64,000 bases of DNA from NCBI GenBank assembly GCA_963793265.1, contig CAWBZI010000007.1:288001-352000 (forward strand), given 5' to 3'. Source of the DNA: an uncultured cyanobacterium. GTDB taxonomy: Bacteria > Cyanobacteriota > Cyanobacteriia > Phormidesmidales > Phormidesmidaceae. The notes under the pieces are model-generated. The model was not told the DNA's origin, did not search any database, and saw only the letters and a program-made list of their open reading frames with translations. Below are positions 47,090 to 57,033 of this stretch, in pieces. Position 1 is the stretch's first letter. Each line of letters begins with the position of its first letter. The position numbers were made by a program, and so were the translations under genes.

Positions 47090-48496
47090 ATGTTTTCTAC
47101 ATCCTCCTACTTCCTTCGTTTCACTTCAGTTTCTGCAGTCGCTAGTGCCCTTGCAGTAGTTGGCTCAGTCGCTATCCCGATGATTGTGCCCTGTCGCACC
47201 GCAGCCTGGGCAAATCACGACCGGCATGGACGAGAGCAAACGGAGCAAACAACACATCTTTTTGGTCGAAATGCTCAAAGCGGTAGAGATGGCAGCTCGG
47301 GTCGTGATGGACAATCTGGGGCTGACCAGACTATCTATGTGCAAGGCGCTCCTATGCGCTTAGATCTCTCTGGCCGCGATGGCGAAGCGGGCCGCGATGG
47401 CGAAGATGCTAGGCGACCTCGCTGCGAAAGACAGCCTCGGAACAGGCGCTATCATCAGCGGGCCGCAAGCGGTGGCGACGGCGGCGACGGGGGCGCAGGT
47501 GGTGACGGCGGCAATGGGGGCCTTTTGACAATTCACTATGCAAACCCTGAAGACTTGCGGCAGGTACTTGTGAATGCGGCGGGCGGTAAGGGCGATCGCG
47601 GCGGACGCGGCGGGCAGGGAACTAACGGCTGCAACTGTAGTGACTATCGGTGGACGGTTGAGGTGTGTGATGAGGAGACTTGTCACGATGAGCACTATAC
47701 CTGCCAAGCGGGACGCGATGGTGAAGATGGACAGAATGGTCGAGACGGTGCAGCAGGCGAACTGGGCTATGTCACGTTGATTGATCAGCTTGCAGCGCTA
47801 CCCTCCGAAAGACCTAGCCAAACAAAATCAATAGAGCGGCTGGCTAACGGTGAGCCGGTCAGATTATCTCGTAATCTTTGGGAAATTCGCAGCGGCGCGA
47901 GCGGACTTTTGGCCCCTGGTTCTGTTGTTCAAGATGATTACAAAGCCTATAAAGGCTTCATAGAACAACAGTTTTCTTTAGACTGGCAGGCACCGCAAGA
48001 CTTTGACGCGTTTGATGATGAAGTGAATCTGTCACTCGCAGAAGATGGCGAGGTTGAGATGATTTTTCCTGATTCGTATTGGCTGTTGGGCGAGACTCTC
48101 GAACAAGTGGATTCAACTACCTATCGCGTAGAGGGCATTTTACCAATTGATGATGTCACCCGGCTAGCTATGGGTCGGGTGACAGGTCGCAGCCGCACGT
48201 TTGAAGTGAGTGCGATTGATCAAGCTCAGCTATCAGACGAATTAGACACTGAGTTTGAGGTACGCTACAGCACCTCAAACAACGAGGGGCGTCGCTACGA
48301 GGTTAAGTACGAGGGGCCCGTGCCTGCTGATTTGATTGTGCGCGATCACAACAAATTCACGCTAGCGTTGGGGCGACTGCCGATTCGCTCTCAGCTTATG
48401 AGTGGCGGTACTGAGGCGCGCGTGGAGCTGATTGCTACCCGCAGCTATGGCCGCAATTCTAAGCAGCAAACGCTTACTTGGTCGGGGCGTTTGTAG
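47090..48496 (+). CDS. Secreted protein with collagen-like G-X-Y repeats
   Basis: Signal-like N-terminus; SGRDGSSGRDGQSG, GRDGEAGRDGED, GGDGGDGGAGGDGGNGG, GRDGEDGQNGRDGAAG; acidic beta-rich C-terminus. Confidence 0.8.
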   Translation: MFSTSSYFLRFTSVSAVASALAVVGSVAIPMIVPCRTAAWANHDRHGREQTEQTTHLFGRNAQSGRDGSSGRDGQSGADQTIYVQGAPMRLDLSGRDGEAGRDGEDARRPRCERQPRNRRYHQRAASGGDGGDGGAGGDGGNGGLLTIHYANPEDLRQVLVNAAGGKGDRGGRGGQGTNGCNCSDYRWTVEVCDEETCHDEHYTCQAGRDGEDGQNGRDGAAGELGYVTLIDQLAALPSERPSQTKSIERLANGEPVRLSRNLWEIRSGASGLLAPGSVVQDDYKAYKGFIEQQFSLDWQAPQDFDAFDDEVNLSLAEDGEVEMIFPDSYWLLGETLEQVDSTTYRVEGILPIDDVTRLAMGRVTGRSRTFEVSAIDQAQLSDELDTEFEVRYSTSNNEGRRYEVKYEGPVPADLIVRDHNKFTLALGRLPIRSQLMSGGTEARVELIATRSYGRNSKQQTLTWSGRL

Positions 48497-48518
48497 ATAG
48501 GCCGCTTTGTTGCGCTTT

Positions 48519-49826
48519 TCAAATCCAGGAAGGTAGCCACCATCTATGGCTTAAGCTCTCTGGCGTAAGCGGTGCGCCTAAGCTCAGCGGGAGCCAAAAG
48601 AGAAATGCTAGGGCGATCGCAATCACCATTGCCAGTCCAACTGTTTTCACCCAGGCAGGCGATCGCCCGCTTGGCATACACAGCCACTCACTCAACAGCC
48701 AAGCGAGCCCCATAAAGCTAAAAATAGCCGAGGGCATATACAAATAAATAAAAGTGCAGCGTTTCACTAAAATCCAGGGCAACCAGTTAGCCAAATAGCC
48801 CGCTAAGAGATAAGTGCTAAGACTATCGGTAGCTGCTTTGCGAGCTTTCGCTTGGGCATATCTCTTAAGTGAAAGTACAACAATAGCTGCGCTAGAAAGC
48901 CACCACAAAATAGGATTTCCCATATTGTTGACGGTGTAGACCTGCTGGCCTGCGTCTTCGTACCAGTAGGCAATGGGTTTGATTAAAAGCGGCCAGGTGT
49001 ACCACTTTGAGCAGGCTGAGTGGCCGGTAGTCGGGAGGCCCTGGTGAAAGGTGAGTAGGGATTGGTGTAGGGTTAGTAGGTTTTGGCTGGTGAGATGAAT
49101 GTGGGGTAGCCAGATCAGAAGGTATGTGATGAGTGGAACTAAAAGGGTGTAAAAGAGAAGATTGAACCGGCGGGTTTTGTTCTTTGGGCGGCATAGTTCC
49201 CAGCAGATGAGGCTAAGGACGAAGCCTAGACCGTTCCACTTTGTTGCGATCGCACCTCCCAAACAAATCCCCGCTAACAGCCTCAGGCCGTCTCTAACAA
49301 AAGGAGACTGAGCCTTTGAGTGCAGCCATAGCCAGTGCCCCAAAAAGCCAAAAAACACCGTGTATATGTTGATTAGCCCGTAGCGGGATTCGGTGATAAA
49401 AAGGCCATCTATGGCAACAAAGCTGCCTGCTAAAAGCGCAAACGTGATTGCTCTAGCTCGGTGACGTGAATGGCTAAACCCTTGGCTCAACAGTCGAGCA
49501 ATATCTGTGACAACTAAAGGAATCAGGCTTCCTACTAGCGCGTTCATCCATCGGTAGGAGAATGGCGATTCGACATTGAAGAGGCGACCAAAAAGACGAT
49601 TGCTGCTGAACTGATCGCTTAGCCATATGGCAGCCGCAATGAAGTATTTGCCCAAAGGTGGATGAGCATCAAACTGAGGCGCTTGTTCTAAATAAGCCTG
49701 AGCAAATTTGACAAAGTAGACCTCATCAAACACCAGATCGCTAAAGCGAGAAAGCTGCCAAAATCGGAGGCCAAAGCTCAGAAGTGCGATCGCTAACAGT
49801 CCGAGGCAATAGAACGCTCTGAGCAC
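48519..49826 (-). CDS. Protein O-mannosyltransferase-like (PMT, GT39) glycosyltransferase
   Basis: LVFDEVYF, FDAHPPLGK, ESRYGLIN, ATKWNG, HSACSKWYTWP, MGNPILWW, FIYLYMP. Confidence 0.88.
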   Translation of the reverse strand: MLRAFYCLGLLAIALLSFGLRFWQLSRFSDLVFDEVYFVKFAQAYLEQAPQFDAHPPLGKYFIAAAIWLSDQFSSNRLFGRLFNVESPFSYRWMNALVGSLIPLVVTDIARLLSQGFSHSRHRARAITFALLAGSFVAIDGLFITESRYGLINIYTVFFGFLGHWLWLHSKAQSPFVRDGLRLLAGICLGGAIATKWNGLGFVLSLICWELCRPKNKTRRFNLLFYTLLVPLITYLLIWLPHIHLTSQNLLTLHQSLLTFHQGLPTTGHSACSKWYTWPLLIKPIAYWYEDAGQQVYTVNNMGNPILWWLSSAAIVVLSLKRYAQAKARKAATDSLSTYLLAGYLANWLPWILVKRCTFIYLYMPSAIFSFMGLAWLLSEWLCMPSGRSPAWVKTVGLAMVIAIALAFLFWLPLSLGAPLTPESLSHRWWLPSWI

Positions 49827-49841
49827 AATCCGGGCACAAAC

Positions 49842-50771
49842 TTAGTTAATTTTGGGCTGCTGAACGGCTATTGTAGGGCCATTCAACCGCTTCACAACCC
49901 CCATACCCAAGCGAGTATTGCGGCCAATAGCGCAGTAGCGGGTGAAGTCGGCCAGGGTATTCACTCGTTTGATCGTCAGCGGGTCACTATCGCCTGCGAT
50001 GCGAAAGCTAATTTGTCCCGTGCAGCCAACAATCAGCTCAGGTGAGCTGCGTCGCAAGTTTCGGGTCACCTCGGTTTGAATATTGAAATTCACGGGGATA
50101 ATGTTGCTGATTAGGCTGGGTGCAAATACCAGACCACTGTAGCAATTCCATTGTTTTCTAAGCGAGTGAAAGACCACTTCGGCCGTGGGTAAAGGCGTGA
50201 GATAGCCCGCATTACTGAAGGCAGTAGGGGTTACAAACTGCAGGTGAATATCGCGATCGCAGCTAGAGGCGTGCTCATAAATATCACGGTAGCTACAGCT
50301 AGAGGCCCAGTCAATACCCGGTAAATCGGCGGCGATACTGGTGATGGTAACGCTGCTGGAACCTAAAGGAAAAGGCTCGTCTCGGAGCTGATTCCAAAGG
50401 AAAATGAGATGGTCGAAGAGGTCATCATCTAGAAAGGAAATTCGCCACCAGCAGGAGACGTTTGCCTGTAAAGCCTCTCTATGAGCGTACTGAAGCTGGC
50501 AGGTCTGTAACCTCGCTTGAGACTGCACTTTAGAGGGAAACAGGCGAACATTACTCTTGGACGAAGGCCGCGCTGGCCAGCTAACCCCTTCAGACTGAAG
50601 CGCACTTAAGGCGTAGGAACGGTTGCTTTTATCGCGCCGAAGAACATGGCCTAGCTCTGGATCTACCGCCTCTACTAGCTCAAAAAATAGCATCTGCAAG
50701 GAATAGCCCTGTAGATGATCCAGGCTGATAGAAGACTGGGTGACTAAGTTGAGCACAAGACTTTGGGGCAT
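49842..50771 (-). CDS. cas6: Orphan Cas6-family RAMP protein resembling cyanobacterial type I-D Cas6, apparently degenerate
   Basis: MPQSLVLNL, CWWRISFLDDDLF, FVTPTAF, PLPTAEVVFHSLRKQWN, GCTGQISF, C-terminal G-loop AIGRNTRLGMG. No other cas gene or array in the window. Confidence 0.85.
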   Translation of the reverse strand: MPQSLVLNLVTQSSISLDHLQGYSLQMLFFELVEAVDPELGHVLRRDKSNRSYALSALQSEGVSWPARPSSKSNVRLFPSKVQSQARLQTCQLQYAHREALQANVSCWWRISFLDDDLFDHLIFLWNQLRDEPFPLGSSSVTITSIAADLPGIDWASSCSYRDIYEHASSCDRDIHLQFVTPTAFSNAGYLTPLPTAEVVFHSLRKQWNCYSGLVFAPSLISNIIPVNFNIQTEVTRNLRRSSPELIVGCTGQISFRIAGDSDPLTIKRVNTLADFTRYCAIGRNTRLGMGVVKRLNGPTIAVQQPKIN

Positions 50772-51108
50772 ACGTTCTATGCGAAGTATTCACGCAAACA
50801 TGTAGATAAACAGTGACAGCATGTGAGGCGGAAGGCTGTTAACCTCGGCCTAATTAAAAGATAGTCAGAAATAGCACCCTCAGAAAAAGACATAAAGGTA
50901 AGGAGAAAGTGTTAGAAAAATCGCTGGGTTCATCAAATCTTTAAACTAAAAGAACCTAAAAGGCTAGACTCTACTCAATCACATCTATTTCATATATCTA
51001 TGGAGCTTGATGTAAAGTTTTACTTTAAGCAAGCGATTGTACTTAGCCAATAAAGGCTATGACAGCTCGTCAACTGGGCTTTAGTCTTGAAAATAAGGTT
51101 TTAGAAAG

Positions 51109-52323
51109 ATGTGGCGAAGTATGAGTAAGCGCGCTATTTGGCAGGGCGTGATTTGGCTGGCGGCTGGGGTGACTTTTTTGTTGAGTCTGTGGATTGTGCT
51201 GCCCGGCACTAATTTATTTCTTTTGACCCTGGCGGTGGGGGCTCCTGAAATAAGCCCGCTTTTAGGACTCATAGCGCTCATTTTGCTAGTGCTGGCGCTG
51301 CGACTGTATCTTCGAAAGCATCCTCGAAAAAAAGGGTTTCGAGGACGCGCTTTTCGCCTGCTAGTAGCGATGCTGCTAGTGACGCTGACGCTGAGCAGCT
51401 TGCCCTTGTTGCAGCAACCCGGTGCGGTAGCCCAAGCGAATAGATCGATGGCGATCGCATTTCCCAATGCAACCCCAGCCGCGACGACTGCGCCCACCTT
51501 TAGCTGGCTTAATTTTGCCAGAGGCATCCCTACCCAAAACGTACGCTATCAGGGCCAAATTCCGTTTGCCTCACCGGACAATCAGCCTCTATTTTTAGAT
51601 ATTTATCAGCCGCCAGAGGTGGGGCAGTATCCGGCAGTGGTGACGATTTATGGGGGGAGCTGGAAACAGGGGAGCCCTGCGTCGAGTGAGAAGATTGGGC
51701 GATATTTGGCGGCTAGGGGCTACGTGGTGGTAGCGGTGGACTATCGACACGCACCTGAGCATCGCTTTCCAGCGCAGTTAGAAGATGTGCAGGCGGCTTT
51801 GGATTTTGTGTACGATCGCACCGATGAGTATGAAATTTTGCGCGATCGCATCGGCCTATTAGGCTGGTCAGCAGGCGCACATTTAGCCATGCTCGCAGGC
51901 TTCCAATCCTCACAAATCAAAAGCATCGTAGACTACTACGGCCCGGTAGATTTGGCGGCTGGATATGCAGATCCGCCGAACCCCGATCCAATAGATGTCA
52001 GGCAGGTGCTTTTAGCCTTTATGGGCGGCCCGCCGAGCGAGCTACCTGAAGCCTACGCAGTAGCTTCACCGATTACCTACGTAAACTCTGCTCAGCCCAA
52101 GACGCTGCCGCCTGTTTTACTCATTTACGGCGGGCGAGATCATCTAGTCGAATCGCGATTTGGCAGGCGGCTATACGAAGCCCTGATTGCATCCCAGAAC
52201 CTCGCCGTTTGGGTAAAAATTCCCTGGGCCGAACACGCCTTTGATTCGATATTTAATGGCGTTAGCAATCAGATGGCGCTGCACTTTATAGAGCGATTTT
52301 TGTCGCAAACACTGGGGCGCTAA
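51109..52323 (+). CDS. Membrane-anchored alpha/beta hydrolase (esterase/lipase)
   Basis: N-terminal TM segments; YGGSW oxyanion motif; GWSAG nucleophile elbow; GGRD; AEHAFD. Confidence 0.88.
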   Translation: MWRSMSKRAIWQGVIWLAAGVTFLLSLWIVLPGTNLFLLTLAVGAPEISPLLGLIALILLVLALRLYLRKHPRKKGFRGRAFRLLVAMLLVTLTLSSLPLLQQPGAVAQANRSMAIAFPNATPAATTAPTFSWLNFARGIPTQNVRYQGQIPFASPDNQPLFLDIYQPPEVGQYPAVVTIYGGSWKQGSPASSEKIGRYLAARGYVVVAVDYRHAPEHRFPAQLEDVQAALDFVYDRTDEYEILRDRIGLLGWSAGAHLAMLAGFQSSQIKSIVDYYGPVDLAAGYADPPNPDPIDVRQVLLAFMGGPPSELPEAYAVASPITYVNSAQPKTLPPVLLIYGGRDHLVESRFGRRLYEALIASQNLAVWVKIPWAEHAFDSIFNGVSNQMALHFIERFLSQTLGR

Positions 52324-52483
52324 ACATCGGAGCGCTAGCTTGGTTCTTTAGCTCTGAGCTGTCTGCTTGTCTGACAGCTATGGCTAGCGCGCTTTCGGTG
52401 GTAGTCTTTTTGATACTCGGTCAATGTCGTCAGATTTAACGATCTGTTGGCTAAAACAAGGTGTATTCAACAAAGAGATAGTT

Positions 52484-53368
52484 ATGGCTGTGAGATTGCG
52501 AAGCGCACTGTCTGCTGGGTTACTTGGCGCACTGTTATCAGGCGTATTGAGTTCTCAGAATGCAAGGGCTGAAGGTGTAAAGGCTGAAAGTGCGATCGCT
52601 AAAATTCCGCTTCAAACTCGTAGCCTCAAAACGGCAGTAGAAATTCCTGAAGATGCCGAAGGCCATGCCAGTGCGCTGCCAACTTCTGCAGCTAAGGTCG
52701 GCAACGTTCGCCAAGAAATGACTGAGATTACAGAAGCCGACGGTACGACCGTAATTTTGCCGCCAGGCTACGAAGAAGGCCAGGCTTATCCAGCGCTAGT
52801 GCTGATGCCCTACACCAATCGCACTGCGCTCCATATGTTCAACTGGGGCATGTACGAAGCCTATCACCAGCGCACCGAAGGGTCATTCATTGTGATTATG
52901 CCGCCGGGCCAAGGTAGCTCAGCGAACTGGTCGGGCTCGGGGTGGGAAGCTTTGGTAAATGAGTACGAAGCTTACGTGCAGCAAGACTTAGAACCATTAG
53001 TAGCTAAGTATAATGTCGCGCCCGATCAGCTCGCGATTGGTGGCTTTTCGCTGGGTGGAGACTTGAGCTGGACGCTCAGCTTGCGTAACCCCGATATTTT
53101 TAGCGGCGCGATTGTGATGGGTAGCATGTCGAACTACCGCAATCCGCAAAGTGCCAGGCAGCTAGCGGGCAATGACTTTCGCTACTTTATGGTGATGGGC
53201 GGCTATGACGGTAATCGAGGCGCTATGCACAATGCGTTAGATAGCTTAGAGGCGCATGATATTGACTATCACTATGAAGAGGTTAGTAATGCGGGCCACG
53301 GCGATTTGCCAGCGCAAATGCAGCCCGATCTATTTTTGTCGGGTATGGACTACGTTTTTTCGGAATAA
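52484..53368 (+). CDS. Secreted alpha/beta hydrolase (esterase family)
   Basis: Signal peptide; ILPPGY, GGFSLGG, GGYD, AGH. Confidence 0.8.
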   Translation: MAVRLRSALSAGLLGALLSGVLSSQNARAEGVKAESAIAKIPLQTRSLKTAVEIPEDAEGHASALPTSAAKVGNVRQEMTEITEADGTTVILPPGYEEGQAYPALVLMPYTNRTALHMFNWGMYEAYHQRTEGSFIVIMPPGQGSSANWSGSGWEALVNEYEAYVQQDLEPLVAKYNVAPDQLAIGGFSLGGDLSWTLSLRNPDIFSGAIVMGSMSNYRNPQSARQLAGNDFRYFMVMGGYDGNRGAMHNALDSLEAHDIDYHYEEVSNAGHGDLPAQMQPDLFLSGMDYVFSE

Positions 53369-53761
53369 GTTTTTTTGAATCAGGGATTGCTCTATGCGAT
53401 CGCTGCAAAAGATCTATGCATTTTTCAGAAGCATCAATATACAGCCTTCATAGCGTTTATCTAGGTAAATTCTAGATGCTGTCAATTACATTCTCTAATT
53501 TTCTTTGCGAAACTACTGATACCACGCGTTACAGGTTATTTTGACGTATCTGTGAAAAGACTGGGCAGTATAAAGCGTGCATAAACCTAATAAAAATTGG
53601 CAATACACATTTCAGTAAACATTTCTACCGTAGGTAACTGTGCTCATGTTTTAAAAGTTGCGGTTGCGCTAAAGGTTGTTTTAATGTTTAGTGATATGAG
53701 CATTTTTGATTAGCTGTTGTCTACCTGCCAACAGATTACTTAGTCTTTTCGCATACTTTTT

Positions 53762-54889
53762 ATGACTAATAAACAAGAGAGTCCTTTCTTCAAGGGCTTC
53801 CCGTTTGCGCTGCCCGCTCTTGCTGTAGGAGCAGTTCTAGGTTTTGGTAGCTATAATTTTGCGCGTCACAACAGTTTGAGTACTCATAAGTTGTTGTCTG
53901 CGATACTAAATGCAAATTCTGCTGTAGCTGCTGAAACAATTGATACACAAATTGCCAAGCGTCCGGTCAATCCGCCTCAAGCGGTTACCACTCAAACGCT
54001 CTGGCAATCAAAAGAGATTCGAGGAATTTATCTTAGCCGGTATCAAATAACTGGCAGTACCAGAGAAGAGACTATTCGCGATCGCGTTCGATACTACAAA
54101 TCGCAAGGGATCAACACCATCATTCACGGCGTATGGGGCAATGGCTGCCCAATGTACAACAGTAAAGTGATGGAAGATACCTTTGGGATTAAAAGCTGTC
54201 CTAACGCTTTTAATGAAGAGTGGCTAGACTGGCTGCTAGATGAGGCCCATAAGCAGGGAATGCAGGTACACGCCTACTTTGAAAAAGGGATTAAGCTAGA
54301 CGAAGACAGTCCTATTTTTGAAACTGCTGTTGCTAACAATTGGTTTGTTCCTGGTGTTGATCGCACCTATGCCGGTGTTGATCACTATCTGTTGAATGTC
54401 GATAAGCCTGCTGTGAGCACATTCTTTAGCCAAATATCGGCAGAGTTTGTTCAGCGATATCCTACTGTTGACGCGGTGCAGTGGGACGATTATCTAGGCT
54501 ATCATTCTGACTTGCCGGGCTCGGAATATCGCACATCTTCACTCACCCGGTTTGTGCAAAGGCTCAGAACAAGCGTGAAGCGGTCTAATCCAAACGTGAG
54601 CTTCGATCTGTGCCACCACAATCCCTATTGGAGCAGTCGCTATTTCGCGGCTGACTGGACAAATTGGGATGCGGATCGGGCGTTTATTCAAGCTTACAAC
54701 GACAACAACTTTCGAGATGAGATAGCCTACGCTGAAGCCCATTCAGGCGTAGCGATTACTGAAAATCAGTTTCATCGATTGGATGAGCTGGTGAAGAACG
54801 AGAATATCGAGAGCATTTTGATATTTCCGTCTCAGGGAAATCCTGAAGAGGCCGCGGGGTTGATTAAAAACTATACGGCGGTGCGGTAG
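53762..54889 (+). CDS. Glycosyl hydrolase-like family 10 (DUF187) protein
   Basis: EIRGIYL, EAHKQGMQVHAYFE, YPTVDAVQWDDY. Confidence 0.82.
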   Translation: MTNKQESPFFKGFPFALPALAVGAVLGFGSYNFARHNSLSTHKLLSAILNANSAVAAETIDTQIAKRPVNPPQAVTTQTLWQSKEIRGIYLSRYQITGSTREETIRDRVRYYKSQGINTIIHGVWGNGCPMYNSKVMEDTFGIKSCPNAFNEEWLDWLLDEAHKQGMQVHAYFEKGIKLDEDSPIFETAVANNWFVPGVDRTYAGVDHYLLNVDKPAVSTFFSQISAEFVQRYPTVDAVQWDDYLGYHSDLPGSEYRTSSLTRFVQRLRTSVKRSNPNVSFDLCHHNPYWSSRYFAADWTNWDADRAFIQAYNDNNFRDEIAYAEAHSGVAITENQFHRLDELVKNENIESILIFPSQGNPEEAAGLIKNYTAVR

Positions 54890-54894
54890 ATACG

Positions 54895-55170
54895 GTAGAG
54901 GGCGTAAGGCATTCATTGGTGTCAACTTAAGCATGTATCCCTCGTGGCGTAAGCTGCTCAGCCCTCATCCTAAATCCTTCTCCCGAGGGGAGAAGGACTT
55001 CAGAGTCCGGGTTCCCTTCTCCCCTCGGGAAAACGCACTATGCTACCAAGGTGTCACTAAGTTGTGTCTTTAAAGGGCTAGGGATGAGGGCTACGAAACG
55101 TATGCTGAACACCTATGACTGCAAGCATTTCAGCGTTAAGTTGACACCAATGATAGCCATGCGCCCCTAC
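54895..55170. repeat. GTAG-type REP-like palindrome split by the MITE
   Basis: Left arm GTAGAGGGCGTAAGGC (54895-54910) and right arm GCCATGCGCCCCTAC (55156-55170) are imperfect complements. Confidence 0.55.
54913..55153. mobile_element. MITE-like element with perfect 18-bp terminal inverted repeats and internal palindromic repeats
   Basis: TCATTGGTGTCAACTTAA (54913-54930) and TTAAGTTGACACCAATGA (55136-55153). Internal IRs at 54960-54970/55082-55092 and 54981-54996/55015-55030. No transposase-like ORF. Confidence 0.75.
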
Positions 55171-55179
55171 GACGTTTTC

Positions 55180-57033
55180 TTACACCTGCTCAACTAGCTC
55201 CTCAAACCGAACAACAGATTTTTCAACAATATCCAAACTATCTTGCCAAAACTGAGGCTGTCTCAGATCTTTCTGCAAGTGCTGCTGCACCAGATCTTCT
55301 GCTGTCATCGTGCCGGTATCACGCAACAGATCGGTATATCGCTGGTTAAAATCGCTGCCGTAAACAGGCTGCTGCGCATAGATCCCTAAGCTGAACAGAT
55401 AGCCAAACAAGTACGGATAGTTGTAAAAGCCGAGACTAGAAATAGAGAAGTGAAGCTTGCTCGCCCAGAACAGATCGTCGTACTGGCTGAGGCTATCTTC
55501 AAACCACATTTTCCAGCTATCACGCATCATCTCGCTGAGCTGAGCGGGCCGCAGCGCGCCCACTTTTCTCGCCTCAACCAAACGCTTTTCAAACTCAAAC
55601 CGAGCGGGAATATTTAACAGAAAAACCGCTGCGCTGCTGGCATCTTCCCAAGCAATTTCCATCTGTTGCGCGGGGGTCGTAGCCCTTTGCATGAGCGCAT
55701 CTCGAACGAGCGTTTCGGCAAAGATGCTCGCTGTCTCAGCTAGGGTCATCGGGTAGCGGGTTTTCATTTTAGACAGATCGCGCATTACCCAGTTGTGCCA
55801 GGCGTGGCCTAGCTCGTGGGCAAGCGTGATGACGTTGCTCATCGTGCCCTCGTAGGTCATAAAAATGCGGGGCTCTCTCGGGTCGCTAAAGCCGGAGCAG
55901 TATGCGCCTGTCGATCGGTTTGGGGTGGGCTTGCCGTCTATCCAGCCTTTTTCGGCCATCATGGTAGCGAATTTGCCCATTTCAGGCGTGAGATTGTTGA
56001 AGGCGTTTGAGATCAGGGCGATCGCCTCTTCAAACGGAATCTTCTCACCATCTCCTGATGCACTAGGCGCACCCGCCATCGTATCCCAAGGATTCATTTG
56101 CGCCTGACCCAACGCCTTAGCCATCGCGGCTAGGGCTCTATGCCCAATCTTTCGATTTTGATAGGTTGTGTCCATCAGCGCATCAAGCGTCGATCTTTCA
56201 ATTCGGCTTTGATGACAGCTTTTATCGAGGTAGTGGAGCTGACGCACATTAGAGCGCTTTTTGGCTTCTTCTAATCGCCAGCCATTAATAGCATTGAGTC
56301 CAGCGGCAACGGCAGGTTGTTGAGTAGCCCAAGCGCTACGGATACCGTCCCAAGCCGCTTTGCGAGTATCAGCGCTAGTGCTGCTCAGCAGATTAGCTGC
56401 CTGAGCGAGGCCCATGGTTTCTCCCTGCACTTCGCACTTTAGGGTGCCTGCTAGCTCGCTGTAGAGATTGCCCCAGGTGTGCAGTCCATTAGTAGCCAGC
56501 GCCGTCATGAGCTGTTCTTCAGCTACGCTGAGTAAAAAGTCTTTTTGTTTACGAGCGTGACGCAGCAAAAACTCAATTTCGCTCAGGTCGGGGTCAGCCA
56601 GTAGCGCCGTTATGAACGCTTCGCTAGCCCTTTCTAGGAAAATATTCAGCGGCTTCATGCCCTCTTCCAAGTCAGCGCTGAGCTTTTGCAGGATGGGCAT
56701 CCAGGTATTAGCGTGCTCATCTTGGGTATCGACACTGAGGGCGGTGTAGATGAAGGTGCCAGTGTTGCCTAAGCGGCTGAGGATGTCTTTGCGCTGTAGG
56801 TGAATGGGGCGAATTTGATTGATGAGATTGGCGTAGTCGGCCAGATCAATCGTTTCGGCGGTTTCGGCTAAAGTTTTGAAGGGCTTGCAGTCAGCAGTGA
56901 TATTGGCAATGTCGGCCTTAAGGGCTTCTACGGTGGCGTCGATTTTAGGATCGCGGGTGCTGCTGTAGAACTTCGTGTTGTCCCAGGTTTGGCGCAGTGT
57001 CGCTGTAGGCTTTGCAGGGATGGTAGCTGTCAT
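55180..57033 (-). CDS. M3 family oligoendopeptidase (PepF-like)
   Basis: GAYCSGF, TLAHELGHAWH (HEXXH), AETASIFAE, FYNYPYLFGYL. Confidence 0.92.
   Translation of the reverse strand: MTATIPAKPTATLRQTWDNTKFYSSTRDPKIDATVEALKADIANITADCKPFKTLAETAETIDLADYANLINQIRPIHLQRKDILSRLGNTGTFIYTALSVDTQDEHANTWMPILQKLSADLEEGMKPLNIFLERASEAFITALLADPDLSEIEFLLRHARKQKDFLLSVAEEQLMTALATNGLHTWGNLYSELAGTLKCEVQGETMGLAQAANLLSSTSADTRKAAWDGIRSAWATQQPAVAAGLNAINGWRLEEAKKRSNVRQLHYLDKSCHQSRIERSTLDALMDTTYQNRKIGHRALAAMAKALGQAQMNPWDTMAGAPSASGDGEKIPFEEAIALISNAFNNLTPEMGKFATMMAEKGWIDGKPTPNRSTGAYCSGFSDPREPRIFMTYEGTMSNVITLAHELGHAWHNWVMRDLSKMKTRYPMTLAETASIFAETLVRDALMQRATTPAQQMEIAWEDASSAAVFLLNIPARFEFEKRLVEARKVGALRPAQLSEMMRDSWKMWFEDSLSQYDDLFWASKLHFSISSLGFYNYPYLFGYLFSLGIYAQQPVYGSDFNQRYTDLLRDTGTMTAEDLVQQHLQKDLRQPQFWQDSLDIVEKSVVRFEELVEQV

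Noticed and set aside
50772..51108. CRISPR array or single repeat next to cas6
   Set aside because: No repeated 28-40-nt unit and no GTTTC/ATTGAAAC-like repeat end seen here or elsewhere in the window.
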